DNA of 59,399 bases, counting the filler. It is 3 parts of 3 records of this genome, joined end to end, with 100 filler letters (N's around TTAATTAATTAA, not from the genome) between each part and the next. Parts side by side here need not be neighbours in the genome. Positions count along the whole stretch, not along the records: positions 1 to 25,638 come from DRR723986_8482; 2 more parts are not named here. The stretch is one strand, 5' to 3'. The translations under genes were made by a program, and so were the position numbers. Below the pieces are notes generated by a model that was not told the DNA's origin, made no database searches, and saw only the letters and a list, made by a program, of their open reading frames with translations. Of the stretch, positions 1-9,288 are shown piece after piece (position 1 is the stretch's first letter; each line of letters starts with the position of its first letter).

Positions 1-224
1 GAACCGCAAGCTAACGCTTGGCGGCTGATGTGGGAACCGAAGCTGGCGCTTGGCGGCCAATGTGGGAGACCGCAAGCTAACGCTTGGCGGCTGATGGGAG
101 ACCGCAAGCTGGTGCATGGCGGCTGATGTGGAAACCGTAAGCTGGCGCTTGGCGGCGGATGGGAGACCGCAAGCTGGCGCTTGGCGGCTGATGTGGAAAC
201 CGCAAGCTGGCACTTGGCGGCTAC
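1..224. repeat. Tandem array of 7 REP-like imperfect palindromes (~31-34 bp units)
   Basis: Core CCGCAAGCTRRCGCTTGGCGG recurs at about 4, 37, 70, 102, 135, 167 and 200, with short similar linkers (CTGATG(T)GG..). It runs to the window edge. The last copy reads GTAG-CCGCCAAG on the minus strand and overlaps the TAG stop of the adjacent gene. Confidence 0.85.
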
Positions 225-598
225 TTTGGCTGGCGGCGGGGGGTAAAAGGTTCCGCCGCTGATGGGAAAATGCGGGTCTCGTCCAATCCGTGCTCCGAAA
301 GGACACGGGCAAGGCTGGTCATCAGCTTGTGCCATTGGTCGATCATTTGGGGCACTTCAAACTGTCCGGCTTCGCAGCGACCATTGCCGCGTTCGCTTAC
401 GTCCACTGAAGTTCCCAGGTGCATGAGGGCTTCGAGCACTAAGTGGTCGCGACGATCTTGTTCGGTCAGTTCTGCGTCGTCATAAATCCACATGTGAGCG
501 GATAGGCAGTCATCAATCATTTTGAATGCTGCTTGTTGAGCATTCTCGCACGCGACTACTTGTTGTTGGCAACCGCATGTAACGTAGAACTTGGGCAT
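221..598 (-). CDS. Hypothetical protein (125 aa)
   Basis: Clean ATG ORF (MPKFYVTCG...) with protein-like composition; no family recognised. Confidence 0.7.
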   Translation of the reverse strand: MPKFYVTCGCQQQVVACENAQQAAFKMIDDCLSAHMWIYDDAELTEQDRRDHLVLEALMHLGTSVDVSERGNGRCEAGQFEVPQMIDQWHKLMTSLARVLSEHGLDETRIFPSAAEPFTPRRQPK

Positions 599-1335
599 CT
601 ATAAAGTCCATCTTGAAGAGTTAACCGTTCGCTCGCGATTGTCGGCGATTAGCAGCCTTGTGAAGCTGAAGCATCGCCCTCGCATGAGCCGCAAGGAAAT
701 CCATTGCTTGACGGTTCCTAGTATCGCGTCGACCCGTGACACGTTGGGTCCACAGAATTCCGAAGCTCCGTGTCTGGATCGAAAAAATTCATGCATCCGG
801 ACCTTCTGGCAAATGCCAATCGGCCCCAACACGACCTTCGACGTAGATCGCAAAATATTCTGAAGTGGTTGCTAGCATCATCTTCTCTCGATGGAAAATT
901 CAGGCTCAAGAATGGTAGTACTTTCATGAAGCTTTAGCTCCGTTGATGAAACTGCGCGAAGAAATTCACACCGCCAGTTATTTTCTGAACCAGTCCGCGA
1001 TGCAGAATGCTGACTTGCAGCAGATTTTATTCCAGTCCAGACTGCCAACTGAATTTCAGTAATTTCAACCAATTCAACTTGAGGCGAGACTGCGCAGAAT
1101 TCTGCGGAAAGGTTTGGTGTCCACTAGCTGGATTAATCACATTCTGCCGGTAACAATTAGTGAGCGACCTTTCGCGGACTCCTGCCAATGAGGGCAATAA
1201 CAGTTAGATGCTCCTGATTGGCAGCGCGGGTAATTTTGCACTCAGTGAACGTGCTGGCTCTGACTACTCGATGTGGCACCGCCGCTAACCAAGGCACTGA
1301 AGTTGCCAGTCTGCCTTAGAAGGATTCCAAAACAG

Positions 1336-1836
1336 ATGAAAATTTGGATCGACGCAGACGCTTGCCCTGCGGAAGTCAAGCAGATCGTCTTCCGCGCGTC
1401 CCAACGGCGTGGCTTCGACGTCATGCTGGTTGCGAATCAGCAGATTGGATTCCCAAAGAACTTGACCCGTGTCGAATCCATCATCGTCCCGCATGGTGCC
1501 AACGAGGCTGACAAGTACATTGCGAGGACTGCGGTGCCGGGTGATATCGCAATCACTGCGGATTTGCCCCTGGCGGCTGAGCTCGTTGAGTTAGGAATAT
1601 GTGCAATCGATCCTCGAGGTGCAGAGTACACGGCTGACACCGTCCGCAGTCGCCTGTCTATGCGGGACTTTATGGATAACCTACGCGGTAGTGGCGTCGT
1701 TACAGGCGGAGCGGCACCATTCAATGAACTGGACAAGAAGGCTTTTGCTGCAGCCCTCGACCGACGACTTACGGCATACGAGAAAGCTAGCCGCGGAAAG
1801 ACCGCTGGCGACAACGACTCAGACACCGCGAGTTAG
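1336..1836 (+). CDS. yaiI: YaiI/YqxD family protein (DUF188, UPF0178)
   Basis: Motifs MKIWIDADACP, VANQ, ITADLPLA, IDPRG and LSMRDFM; start moved to ATG 1336. Confidence 0.92.
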   Translation: MKIWIDADACPAEVKQIVFRASQRRGFDVMLVANQQIGFPKNLTRVESIIVPHGANEADKYIARTAVPGDIAITADLPLAAELVELGICAIDPRGAEYTADTVRSRLSMRDFMDNLRGSGVVTGGAAPFNELDKKAFAAALDRRLTAYEKASRGKTAGDNDSDTAS

Positions 1837-1927
1837 AAACACGGAATTAGGCGCTTCCCAATCCAGTCGCTCGAGCTGACGGAAGTTGAGCGACCGCACT
1901 TGGACGTGCAATTTCGATCACGCTGCC

Positions 1928-2260
1928 TCACTTTGCTGCAGCGAGATTGAACGTCGTAAGCGGCGGCTCTGGCGGTGGTTGGGTCGTCTTGATGCTGAAG
2001 TGCTCGATGCCTAAGTAAAAAACTGGCGGCCCGGTCTGACGTTTGTGGTGTTCGTGAACGGTGAATGCCCAAGGATCGACCAACTGTTCCAGCTTCGAAA
2101 CAAACCCAGCGCACGATAGCCTCTTCACGCGCCAGTTGATCGGTTGCAAACCAACGTCCAGCCCCTTCTCTGTTGCGGCTCTTTCAATCACCAATCGGCG
2201 ACAAGACCGGGCTGCCAACTCTACGGTCTGCAACAACTGCGCCAATTCGCCGGGAAACAT
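1928..2260 (-). CDS. Possible hypothetical protein (110 aa)
   Basis: ATG ORF that fills the yaiI-EVE gap; no motif recognised. Confidence 0.3.
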   Translation of the reverse strand: MFPGELAQLLQTVELAARSCRRLVIERAATEKGLDVGLQPINWRVKRLSCAGFVSKLEQLVDPWAFTVHEHHKRQTGPPVFYLGIEHFSIKTTQPPPEPPLTTFNLAAAK

Positions 2261-2344
2261 GCTTGCTGGTACATCACAACTCTGTCAAGCTTTCCGTTTT
2301 GAGAGTCAACGTACCGAATAGCACAACTACTTTTGGGGGCCAAG

Positions 2345-2815
2345 ATGGCGAAGTATTGGCTTGTGAAGAGTGAGCCCGACGTTTTCAGCATTGATGATTT
2401 GATCGCGTCGGAAGATCAAACGACATGTTGGGACGGCGTGCGGAACTACCAAGCACGCAACACCATGCGGGATGATATGAAGATCGGCGACCAGGTGCTG
2501 TTTTATCACAGTAATGCAAAGCCACCGGGGGTGGCTGGAGTCTGTGAGATTGTCCGCGAAGGCTACGCGGATCACACTGCTTTTGACCCGAAGGACAAGC
2601 ACTATGATCCCAAGAGCAAGAAAAGTTCGCCTACTTGGATGATGGTTGACGTCAAGTTCGTTGAGAAGTTTGATCGCGTCATCGGCCTTCCCGAACTTAA
2701 GGAGATTAAAGCCCTTGAGAAAATGCCGCTGTTGCAGAAGGGCTCCAGGCTTAGCGTGCAACCCGTCGCCGCGGCTGAATTCAAGACCATCCTGAAACTT
2801 GGGCGAAAGGGCTGA
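2345..2815 (+). CDS. EVE domain protein (THYN1-like)
   Basis: YWLVKSEP, WDGVRNYQARN, GDQVLFYHS and RLSVQPV signature motifs. Confidence 0.95.
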   Translation: MAKYWLVKSEPDVFSIDDLIASEDQTTCWDGVRNYQARNTMRDDMKIGDQVLFYHSNAKPPGVAGVCEIVREGYADHTAFDPKDKHYDPKSKKSSPTWMMVDVKFVEKFDRVIGLPELKEIKALEKMPLLQKGSRLSVQPVAAAEFKTILKLGRKG

Positions 2816-3000
2816 GAGCTGGCCGGGCGGCTCCGCTGGCAGCTAGCGAACCCAAAATGCTTGCCGAGGTCGGGCGACTGTTACAGATTGCCATCCGATT
2901 CAATTTCGTAAATTGGAGCCGGTCTGGTTTCCGAAAAGAGCTTGGTGAAGGGAGACGGCCATAGTCTGCCGCATCACTGTTTCTTTAGGAGCCGGCTCGT

Positions 3001-3720
3001 TTGCAATTTCTGCGTCCAACCTTGCAAGAATCTAGTTCAGAACACTGGAGCTTAGACTGGCGAATTGACTCGTTGGATTCCAGTCGCCGTCGGTGTCTTT
3101 GTTCGCGGGCTGGCGGCACCGAACGGTTCACGCACTTTGGCAAGCTTTTCGTTGGTGCCCTGGATTCACCCGACCATGATCGGTTCTGCCGTCAAGCGGT
3201 CGTTGGGCTTCAACAAGTTAGCTCCGCGATCCTCCGACCAACAGGCGGCCGGTTGGAATGTGAATTGCCAATCATCGTCTATCCGCGACTCGACGCACAA
3301 ACCCTTGACGAGTGGCTCGACGTGACGGGACAGCCGGTTGTGGCCCGTTGTAGTGTTGTCGAGCAAATTATTGCATCGGTAGCCGAGCTGCATGAAGCAG
3401 GCGTTGTTCACGGAGCACTTAAGCCCGAGCATGTGCTTATCGATCGGAGCAACCAAGTCAGGGTCGTCGGCCTCGGCAACTTGGAATGGGGTGACGAAGA
3501 GAAGGTGCATTCTGATGTTTTAGGTAGTTCCGCGCGGGCGACAACCGCAAGCGATATGCGAGGCTTGGCCCGGCTGATGTCGCTTCTGATCGGAAGGCAG
3601 TTCTTGGCCACACCTCTCGGCCGTGCGATGCAGTCACCGGATGAGAGCTGTCCCACGGCCCGCCAACTACACACTTTGATGCAAACGTCTGTCCAAGAGG
3701 GTGGGCGCCGCGCGGCTTAG
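3001..3720 (+). CDS. Protein-kinase-fold protein, probably a pseudokinase
   Basis: LHEAGVVHGALKPEHVLI and VVGLG align to the HRDLKPxN and DFG motifs but lack both Asp residues; SDMRGLA resembles subdomain IX. TTG start after AGGAG. Confidence 0.65.
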   Translation: MQFLRPTLQESSSEHWSLDWRIDSLDSSRRRCLCSRAGGTERFTHFGKLFVGALDSPDHDRFCRQAVVGLQQVSSAILRPTGGRLECELPIIVYPRLDAQTLDEWLDVTGQPVVARCSVVEQIIASVAELHEAGVVHGALKPEHVLIDRSNQVRVVGLGNLEWGDEEKVHSDVLGSSARATTASDMRGLARLMSLLIGRQFLATPLGRAMQSPDESCPTARQLHTLMQTSVQEGGRRAA

Positions 3721-3744
3721 CCGAATCCTATGGCTCATGTGCCG

Positions 3745-4740
3745 CTATCGGCCGTGTACATAGCCGCTGGAGGTTAGCTGACGAATTCGCCCACCTTCTC
3801 GTGCCCACAGCCCGGTTCTGTTGGTAAATTCTCCGACGACCAACGCAGATTCTTCACCGACCGCGGCGCGCAGCGCTTCCAGTTTGCCTGGGGGAACGGC
3901 TAGCAGCAGTTCAAAATCTTCGCCATCTCCGAGAGCATGCTCGACCGCCTGCTTACCGCTCGTCTTCGACAGTTCATTGGCGGCGTCCGAAATCGGGATG
4001 TCGTCTAATCGCAAGATGGCTCCGCAATGAGATGCATCGCACATCCGCAGGAGGTCAACGCTCAGGCCGTCACTGATGTCCATCGCTGCGTGGACGATAT
4101 CGAGGCCTCGCAGTTTTTCAGCCAAGTCGAGCCGAGGTTTAAAATCTAGATGCTTGCCGAGGATGCTACCGCCAAGTGGGCCCGTGACAACGATTAAGTC
4201 TTCCGGTTCCACTCGGTCTCGCCGCCATGTGTGGCCATCGATTACGTCGCCAACCGCTGTCAGGTGCAGGACGAGTGGCCCCGACCAACAATTGGTGTCG
4301 CCGCCAGCTAGTGCAACGCCATGTTCTTCTAGTGCTTCGCAGACACCTTCGTAAATTTCAGCAGCCAACGCATCGTTGGCCATGGCTACCGTGGCAACCT
4401 CATCTGATTCGGATTCTGCGGCCGAGGTGCCCCGTGGAGCAACCAGCGTGGGGTCTTCAGGCAGGCAGAGTGATAGAAAGACCGCCGTTGGGCGGGCTGC
4501 CATCGCGGCTAAATCGCTCAGATTTACATTCACCAATTTTCGGCCGACAGCACGCGGGCAAACTTCAGCCAGTCGAAAGTGCACGCCTTCCATTTGGCTG
4601 TCTGCAGTGATGACACTATCCTTGCCGCTGGCCTCCAGAACGGCCGCGTCGTCGCCGATGCCCAATTTGACCTGCGGCAATCGACGGGCACGCATTTTGG
4701 CCCATGCTACGAATGATTGTTCCAACTTCTCTTGCTCCAA
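3745..4740 (-). CDS. thiL: Thiamine-monophosphate kinase
   Basis: GIGDDAA, EGVHF, NLSDLAAMAA, GGDT, DISDGL and GEDFELL motifs. Confidence 0.95.
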   Translation of the reverse strand: MEQEKLEQSFVAWAKMRARRLPQVKLGIGDDAAVLEASGKDSVITADSQMEGVHFRLAEVCPRAVGRKLVNVNLSDLAAMAARPTAVFLSLCLPEDPTLVAPRGTSAAESESDEVATVAMANDALAAEIYEGVCEALEEHGVALAGGDTNCWSGPLVLHLTAVGDVIDGHTWRRDRVEPEDLIVVTGPLGGSILGKHLDFKPRLDLAEKLRGLDIVHAAMDISDGLSVDLLRMCDASHCGAILRLDDIPISDAANELSKTSGKQAVEHALGDGEDFELLLAVPPGKLEALRAAVGEESALVVGEFTNRTGLWAREGGRIRQLTSSGYVHGR

Positions 4741-5055
4741 AAGCGATTCAGCTCACGTGCAGCGTCCAACACTGCGGGAAAAGTTATCGCGGATTGGCAA
4801 CGCCGCAAGGTCTGCTCAAGCATGAAAACTTGAGCAAGCTAGGTGTAAACGCTTTCCAATACGTTCCAAAGTCGCGATCGGCTATCTGCCCAAGCAAGGC
4901 TGGCGCTGTTAGTTTATTGCAGCCAACTGCTTCGATCGCACCGTAGTTTCTGCGCAGACTATTTCGACGTGCATCGCGATCGTAACCCGTTGAAGCAGTT
5001 TTTGGCAGGCGGCTGTACTTGGTGGTGAGAGATCCAGCGGTTTGGAGGAAGAGTC

Positions 5056-5841
5056 ATGCGAGTTGTCATTCTGCCGGATCCGGCTGCAGTCGCTGAACGG
5101 GCGGCGGAGATCGTCTGCCAGCAAGTCAATGCCGTTCCCGATTGTGTTCTAGGACTTGCTACCGGCAGCACGCCGCTGGCAACATACCGGTGCCTCGTGC
5201 AGCACCATGAAGCCGGGAATGTTGATTTTTCACAAGTGACATCGTTCAATCTTGACGAATACGTTGGACTGCCAAAGGAGCACGAGCAGTCATATAGCAC
5301 ATTTATGCATCAGAATCTGTTTAGCAAAGCTGGGTTTGATACTGAGCAGTGTTTCCTTCCTGATGGGGCGGCCACAGATTTCACCGCCGCTTGCGAGGAT
5401 TATGAGCGAAGGATTGATGAAGCTGGCGGAATCGATCTCCAGTTGCTCGGCATTGGGACCGACGGGCATATTGCATTCAATGAGCCCGGTTCGAGCTTGG
5501 CCAGCAGAACGAGAATTAAAACCCTGACCGCGAGAACGCGAACCGATAATGCTCGATTCTTTGAATCGATTGACCAGGTGCCAAAGCTGTCGATAACCGT
5601 GGGGATCGGCACCATTCTCGATAGTGAAAAGATCGTGCTGCTGGCGACCGGTCAATCAAAGGCTTCCGCAGTGCGTAGTTTTATTGAAGGGCCGGTTTCA
5701 GCAGCAGTCCCAGCATCAGCCTTACAGATGCATCCGAGCGTAACCGTGCTATTGGATGAAGACGCCGCGGGGTGGTTGGTGAGAGCCGATTACTATCGTG
5801 AAGTTGAATCGGTGCAACGCGAGCTCGAGTCGGCTGGCTAG
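5056..5841 (+). CDS. nagB: Glucosamine-6-phosphate deaminase
   Basis: LGLATGSTP, FNLDEYVGL, LLGIGTDGHIAFNEPG and PASALQMH motifs. Confidence 0.96.
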   Translation: MRVVILPDPAAVAERAAEIVCQQVNAVPDCVLGLATGSTPLATYRCLVQHHEAGNVDFSQVTSFNLDEYVGLPKEHEQSYSTFMHQNLFSKAGFDTEQCFLPDGAATDFTAACEDYERRIDEAGGIDLQLLGIGTDGHIAFNEPGSSLASRTRIKTLTARTRTDNARFFESIDQVPKLSITVGIGTILDSEKIVLLATGQSKASAVRSFIEGPVSAAVPASALQMHPSVTVLLDEDAAGWLVRADYYREVESVQRELESAG

Positions 5842-5899
5842 AATGCCAGGCCGACGCAGGTGTCGTGGAGATGAATGGCTGCTAAGGCGTGGAAGCAGG

Positions 5900-6388
5900 T
5901 TATCGAATTCTCTTGATGATGTGCCAACCGAAGGGGCTTACATCAGGATCGAAGGGCGCTAAGCCGTATTCGCCAACTTCCAGTTGAAAACCCACGTTTC
6001 CGAATGCTCCCGCCATGTCGCTGCGAGCATAGACTTTCCTGCTATTGATCCGGCTGCTCATATCGGCTTGCTGGCCATTGTTAGCCATCTGGTAGATGCC
6101 TGGAGGCGAATCGTCCGTGTATTCGCGAACCATCGCATCGAAGTCGGCACCAGCTTTCGCCTTTTCGAACAGTTCATTGGCCAACTGCTCAGCCTCTTCC
6201 ATTGTTCGAAACGCTCTGTCAGGAATTGTCTGCGAGCTCGCGATCAAGCAATGCTGAACGGTCACATAAGCCGGTTCGCCACTTGGCGTAGTTTGGCCCT
6301 CTTGATACACCCCATTTTGCATCTCTGCGCAGCCCGAAAGTAGAGCGAGGCCGATCGTGCAAACGGATCCAATGTAACGATTCAACAT
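5900..6388 (-). CDS. Parvulin-type peptidyl-prolyl isomerase, lipoprotein
   Basis: Lipobox LSGC after a hydrophobic leader; VQHCLI, GADFDAMVREYTDD and SPFGWHIIKR rotamase motifs; start at ATG 6388. Confidence 0.88.
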   Translation of the reverse strand: MLNRYIGSVCTIGLALLSGCAEMQNGVYQEGQTTPSGEPAYVTVQHCLIASSQTIPDRAFRTMEEAEQLANELFEKAKAGADFDAMVREYTDDSPPGIYQMANNGQQADMSSRINSRKVYARSDMAGAFGNVGFQLEVGEYGLAPFDPDVSPFGWHIIKRIR

Positions 6389-6492
6389 AATGAGCTTTCG
6401 ATTGTGCGGTGTTCTTTTATTGAACGATAGTGGTTCAGCGGGCCGGCTGGTCGCGGCATAGTCTATGCCGATTTCAGCTCGATTCGCGGCGG

Positions 6493-7536
6493 TCATGAGT
6501 TGTTTCGCCACTTCATGATGAACTCTTCGGTGGCTCGCAGCAACTTGTCAGGGCCATCTCTCACGGTATCTACGACGGGGAGCCCAAGCTGGTTTTCCAA
6601 CTCTTCGGCATATTGATTGGCCAGTGCGTTTGACAGTTTACTCCCGTTCATGGCAATCGCAAACACACGACACGGCTGGTAAATGCTGCCCATGGATTCG
6701 AATAGTCTGATTTGGGCTTCGATTGGTGGCAGTTCTACATGCTCTAGTCCACCGACCCCCTGCCGGCTTGCATCAAACACGAAGATGAGTCCGTGGGGTT
6801 GGGTGCCATGGAGCAGCCCAAGTGTGACGGCCGAATAAGCGGGATGGGCCAGGCTCCCCTGCCCCTCAACCACAATAACGTCATGGTGTTGGTTCGCGAC
6901 AACTAGACTTTCTGCGGCTCCGCTGACAAAGTCGGCAACAACACAGTCAATCGGCAGGCCCTCACCGCTGATCATGATTCCCGTCTGACCTGTGGCAATG
7001 AAATGAGCATCGATGCCCTTCGACTGTAGCCCACGCGCGACCTGCAAACTGACGAGCATCTTGCCAACTCCGCAGTCTTGGCCGACAGTGTGGATTCGAC
7101 AACACGAGTCGTTTAGAGAGCGTCGCGTTGCAATTTCGCGAAAGTTATTCTTGCGAACATCTATCAGTTCGACCTTCGCTTTTTCGGCAGCCGCAACCAG
7201 GTCTGGATCATCACTCAGGAAGTCGTGCAGGCCGCTAAGGATGGTCATTCCGCGACTGATCGCCTCCAGGAGCACCGGTTTCCAAGCGATCGGTATTTTG
7301 CCGCCAGGCGGCGCGATGCCTATGGCCAGAGTGTTTGCATTTGAAGCTTCGTCGAGCTGACCAATGATGGGCGTTCCTTTTCCGACGCCCAAGAGTACTT
7401 CGGTGTCTCCGCCTGCGTTGTCCGGGTCGAACACGGCAACGCACTCGTCGGCACACCATCGCAGCAGACCGGTTGCGGTCTTGGCAGTCCTGGGATCAGA
7501 GTGCCCCCACGTCAGTAGAACAATCCGACGCGTCAT
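6493..7536 (-). CDS. DUF1611 family P-loop protein (DgcN-like N-acetyltransferase family)
   Basis: AKTATGLLR, SGLH, VGQDCGVGKM, ATGQTGIMI, DFVSGAAE and VEGQGSL motifs. Confidence 0.9.
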   Translation of the reverse strand: MTRRIVLLTWGHSDPRTAKTATGLLRWCADECVAVFDPDNAGGDTEVLLGVGKGTPIIGQLDEASNANTLAIGIAPPGGKIPIAWKPVLLEAISRGMTILSGLHDFLSDDPDLVAAAEKAKVELIDVRKNNFREIATRRSLNDSCCRIHTVGQDCGVGKMLVSLQVARGLQSKGIDAHFIATGQTGIMISGEGLPIDCVVADFVSGAAESLVVANQHHDVIVVEGQGSLAHPAYSAVTLGLLHGTQPHGLIFVFDASRQGVGGLEHVELPPIEAQIRLFESMGSIYQPCRVFAIAMNGSKLSNALANQYAEELENQLGLPVVDTVRDGPDKLLRATEEFIMKWRNNS

Positions 7537-7982
7537 GGACTCGGTTTACCTGTTGCCGTTGCGTAAGCCGTCGCGTAATCCCGACAGTGCGAAATGCTGA
7601 TCATCATCTCATCAATGCCGCGTTCTCGGCTGATTCTCAAGGCTACGCCCGCCAGCACGATTGTGGGTTTCCCGCCTACTTGATTGACAACTTCTACGTC
7701 TGTCCACTGAATGCCGTGGGCCCAGCCGGTCCCGAGCGCTTTCAGGACAGCTTCCTTGGCCGCCCAACGCCCAGCATAGTGTTGGTTTGATGCCTTGCGC
7801 GCCTGACAGTACTCGATTTCGTCGGGCGTGTAGACTCGCTTCAGGAAGGTGTCGCCGTGCTTCTCGATCATGTCATCGATTCGGTGGCATTCGATGATGT
7901 CCGTTCCGATCCCCAGTACGATCGTGTTTTCAAACGTGCGACCAGACTGTGGGGGCACTTGAGATTCTGTCGATTCGGACAT
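7533..7982 (-). CDS. acpS: Holo-[acyl-carrier-protein] synthase
   Basis: GIGTDIIE, AGRWAAKEAVLKALGTG and ISISH motifs; 4-bp overlap with the DUF1611 start. Confidence 0.95.
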   Translation of the reverse strand: MSESTESQVPPQSGRTFENTIVLGIGTDIIECHRIDDMIEKHGDTFLKRVYTPDEIEYCQARKASNQHYAGRWAAKEAVLKALGTGWAHGIQWTDVEVVNQVGGKPTIVLAGVALRISRERGIDEMMISISHCRDYATAYATATGKPSP

Positions 7983-8034
7983 TTTCTTCCGTCTGAGTGG
8001 TTTGGTTTGTGACCCGCCGCCGGTCCACAATCTC

Positions 8035-9234
8035 TTATGTGGTGTACTCGGAATTAAATTTAACGTATTCAACGGTCAAGTCGCTCGTCCAGTGCGTGCA
8101 TTTGCCGCGTCCCTTGCCAACGTCGAGTTCGATGACGGCGACCGGAGAGTTCTCAATTGCTTTGCTGGCCGTTGCTTCATCAAACTCCAGCGGTTCCCCG
8201 TGTTTGTAAAGTTCGATGTTGTTGAGTGTTAGGCTGATGTCGCGGTTTTCTATCGCAACCGGAGCATAACCGGCGGCTGAAACTATCCGTCCCCAATTTG
8301 GGTCGCAACCACAGATGGCCGTCTTGACCAAATTGCTGTTTGCTACACAGTCGCAGATTGCACGCGCCTCGCTATCGTCCTGAGCGCCGCGGACCTGGAT
8401 CTCGATCAATCGCGACGCTCCTTCGCCATCGGCAGGGATCATTTTTGCCAGTTCGATGCAAGATTCTGTAAGGGCCGACTGAAACTGCTCAAGATCCCCT
8501 CCGGTCAAAGTGGGCGTCTCGGACGCGCCGTTGGCCAAAAGTGCCATCGTATCGTTTGTGCTCGTATGGCCTTCGACGGAGACATTGTTGAATGACAAAT
8601 CGGCTGTTGTCTGCAGTAGCCGTTGAGTGTCGGTTGGAGTCAGTTTCGCATCAGTCAAAACAACACACAGCATCGTTGCCATGTTTGGTCCAATCATCCC
8701 GGCACCTTTGGCAACCGCGGCGATGGTTACCGGCTTGCCCGCGATTTCCAAGCGACGGGTTGTCACTTTGCGACCCAAGTCGGTTGTCATGATGCCATCG
8801 GCCGCAGCGAGAAAGTCTGCTTCTGTGTTACCCAATTGCGCACTTGCGGCAGCGATGCCAGCGGAGACCTTTTCCATAGGCAGTTTTTGACCAATCACCC
8901 CAGTGCTCATCACCAAGCTTGAGCGATCCGGAATGCCGAGTGCCGTTTCGGTTAGCTCGCACATCTTGGTGGCATCGGCATCACCTTGTTCACCGGTACA
9001 AGCGTTTGCGTTTCCGCTGTTAATGACGACAGCTCGGGTGTCAGTTCCTGGCGTCCGCTGTCGGCAAATCAAAACTGGTGCGGCGACAACCTTGTTCTGT
9101 GTCGTCACTGCCGCTGCCGAACAGGGAGTGTCAGAGACAAACAGCGATACGTCGGGCTTGCCGGAGGCTTTGATTCCGCACGCAGTTGCCCCGAAACGAA
9201 AGCCCTTTGGCAAGTCAAGAGAAGGTTGCGTCAT
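8035..9234 (-). CDS. argJ: Ornithine acetyltransferase / N-acetylglutamate synthase
   Basis: NSGNANACTG, KGAGMIGPNMATML (autocleavage Thr), TSTND, DGEGA, DPNWGRI and C-terminal YTT. Confidence 0.97.
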   Translation of the reverse strand: MTQPSLDLPKGFRFGATACGIKASGKPDVSLFVSDTPCSAAAVTTQNKVVAAPVLICRQRTPGTDTRAVVINSGNANACTGEQGDADATKMCELTETALGIPDRSSLVMSTGVIGQKLPMEKVSAGIAAASAQLGNTEADFLAAADGIMTTDLGRKVTTRRLEIAGKPVTIAAVAKGAGMIGPNMATMLCVVLTDAKLTPTDTQRLLQTTADLSFNNVSVEGHTSTNDTMALLANGASETPTLTGGDLEQFQSALTESCIELAKMIPADGEGASRLIEIQVRGAQDDSEARAICDCVANSNLVKTAICGCDPNWGRIVSAAGYAPVAIENRDISLTLNNIELYKHGEPLEFDEATASKAIENSPVAVIELDVGKGRGKCTHWTSDLTVEYVKFNSEYTT

Positions 9235-9288
9235 GAGTGTTTGATTCGAAGACAGTTTTTGTGTGAGGAGTTCGACTGAGGACTTCGG

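Noticed and set aside
1-224. CRISPR array
   Set aside because: Linkers are only ~10-13 nt and nearly identical rather than unique spacers; no cas genes.
1336-2815. EVE + PIN-like YaiI as a modification-dependent toxin system
   Set aside because: Both are common stand-alone genes, 500 bp apart and not fused or coupled.
4375-4460. Acidic ~25-aa insertion in ThiL as an intein or mobile remnant
   Set aside because: Low-complexity loop with no intein terminal motifs or inverted repeats.
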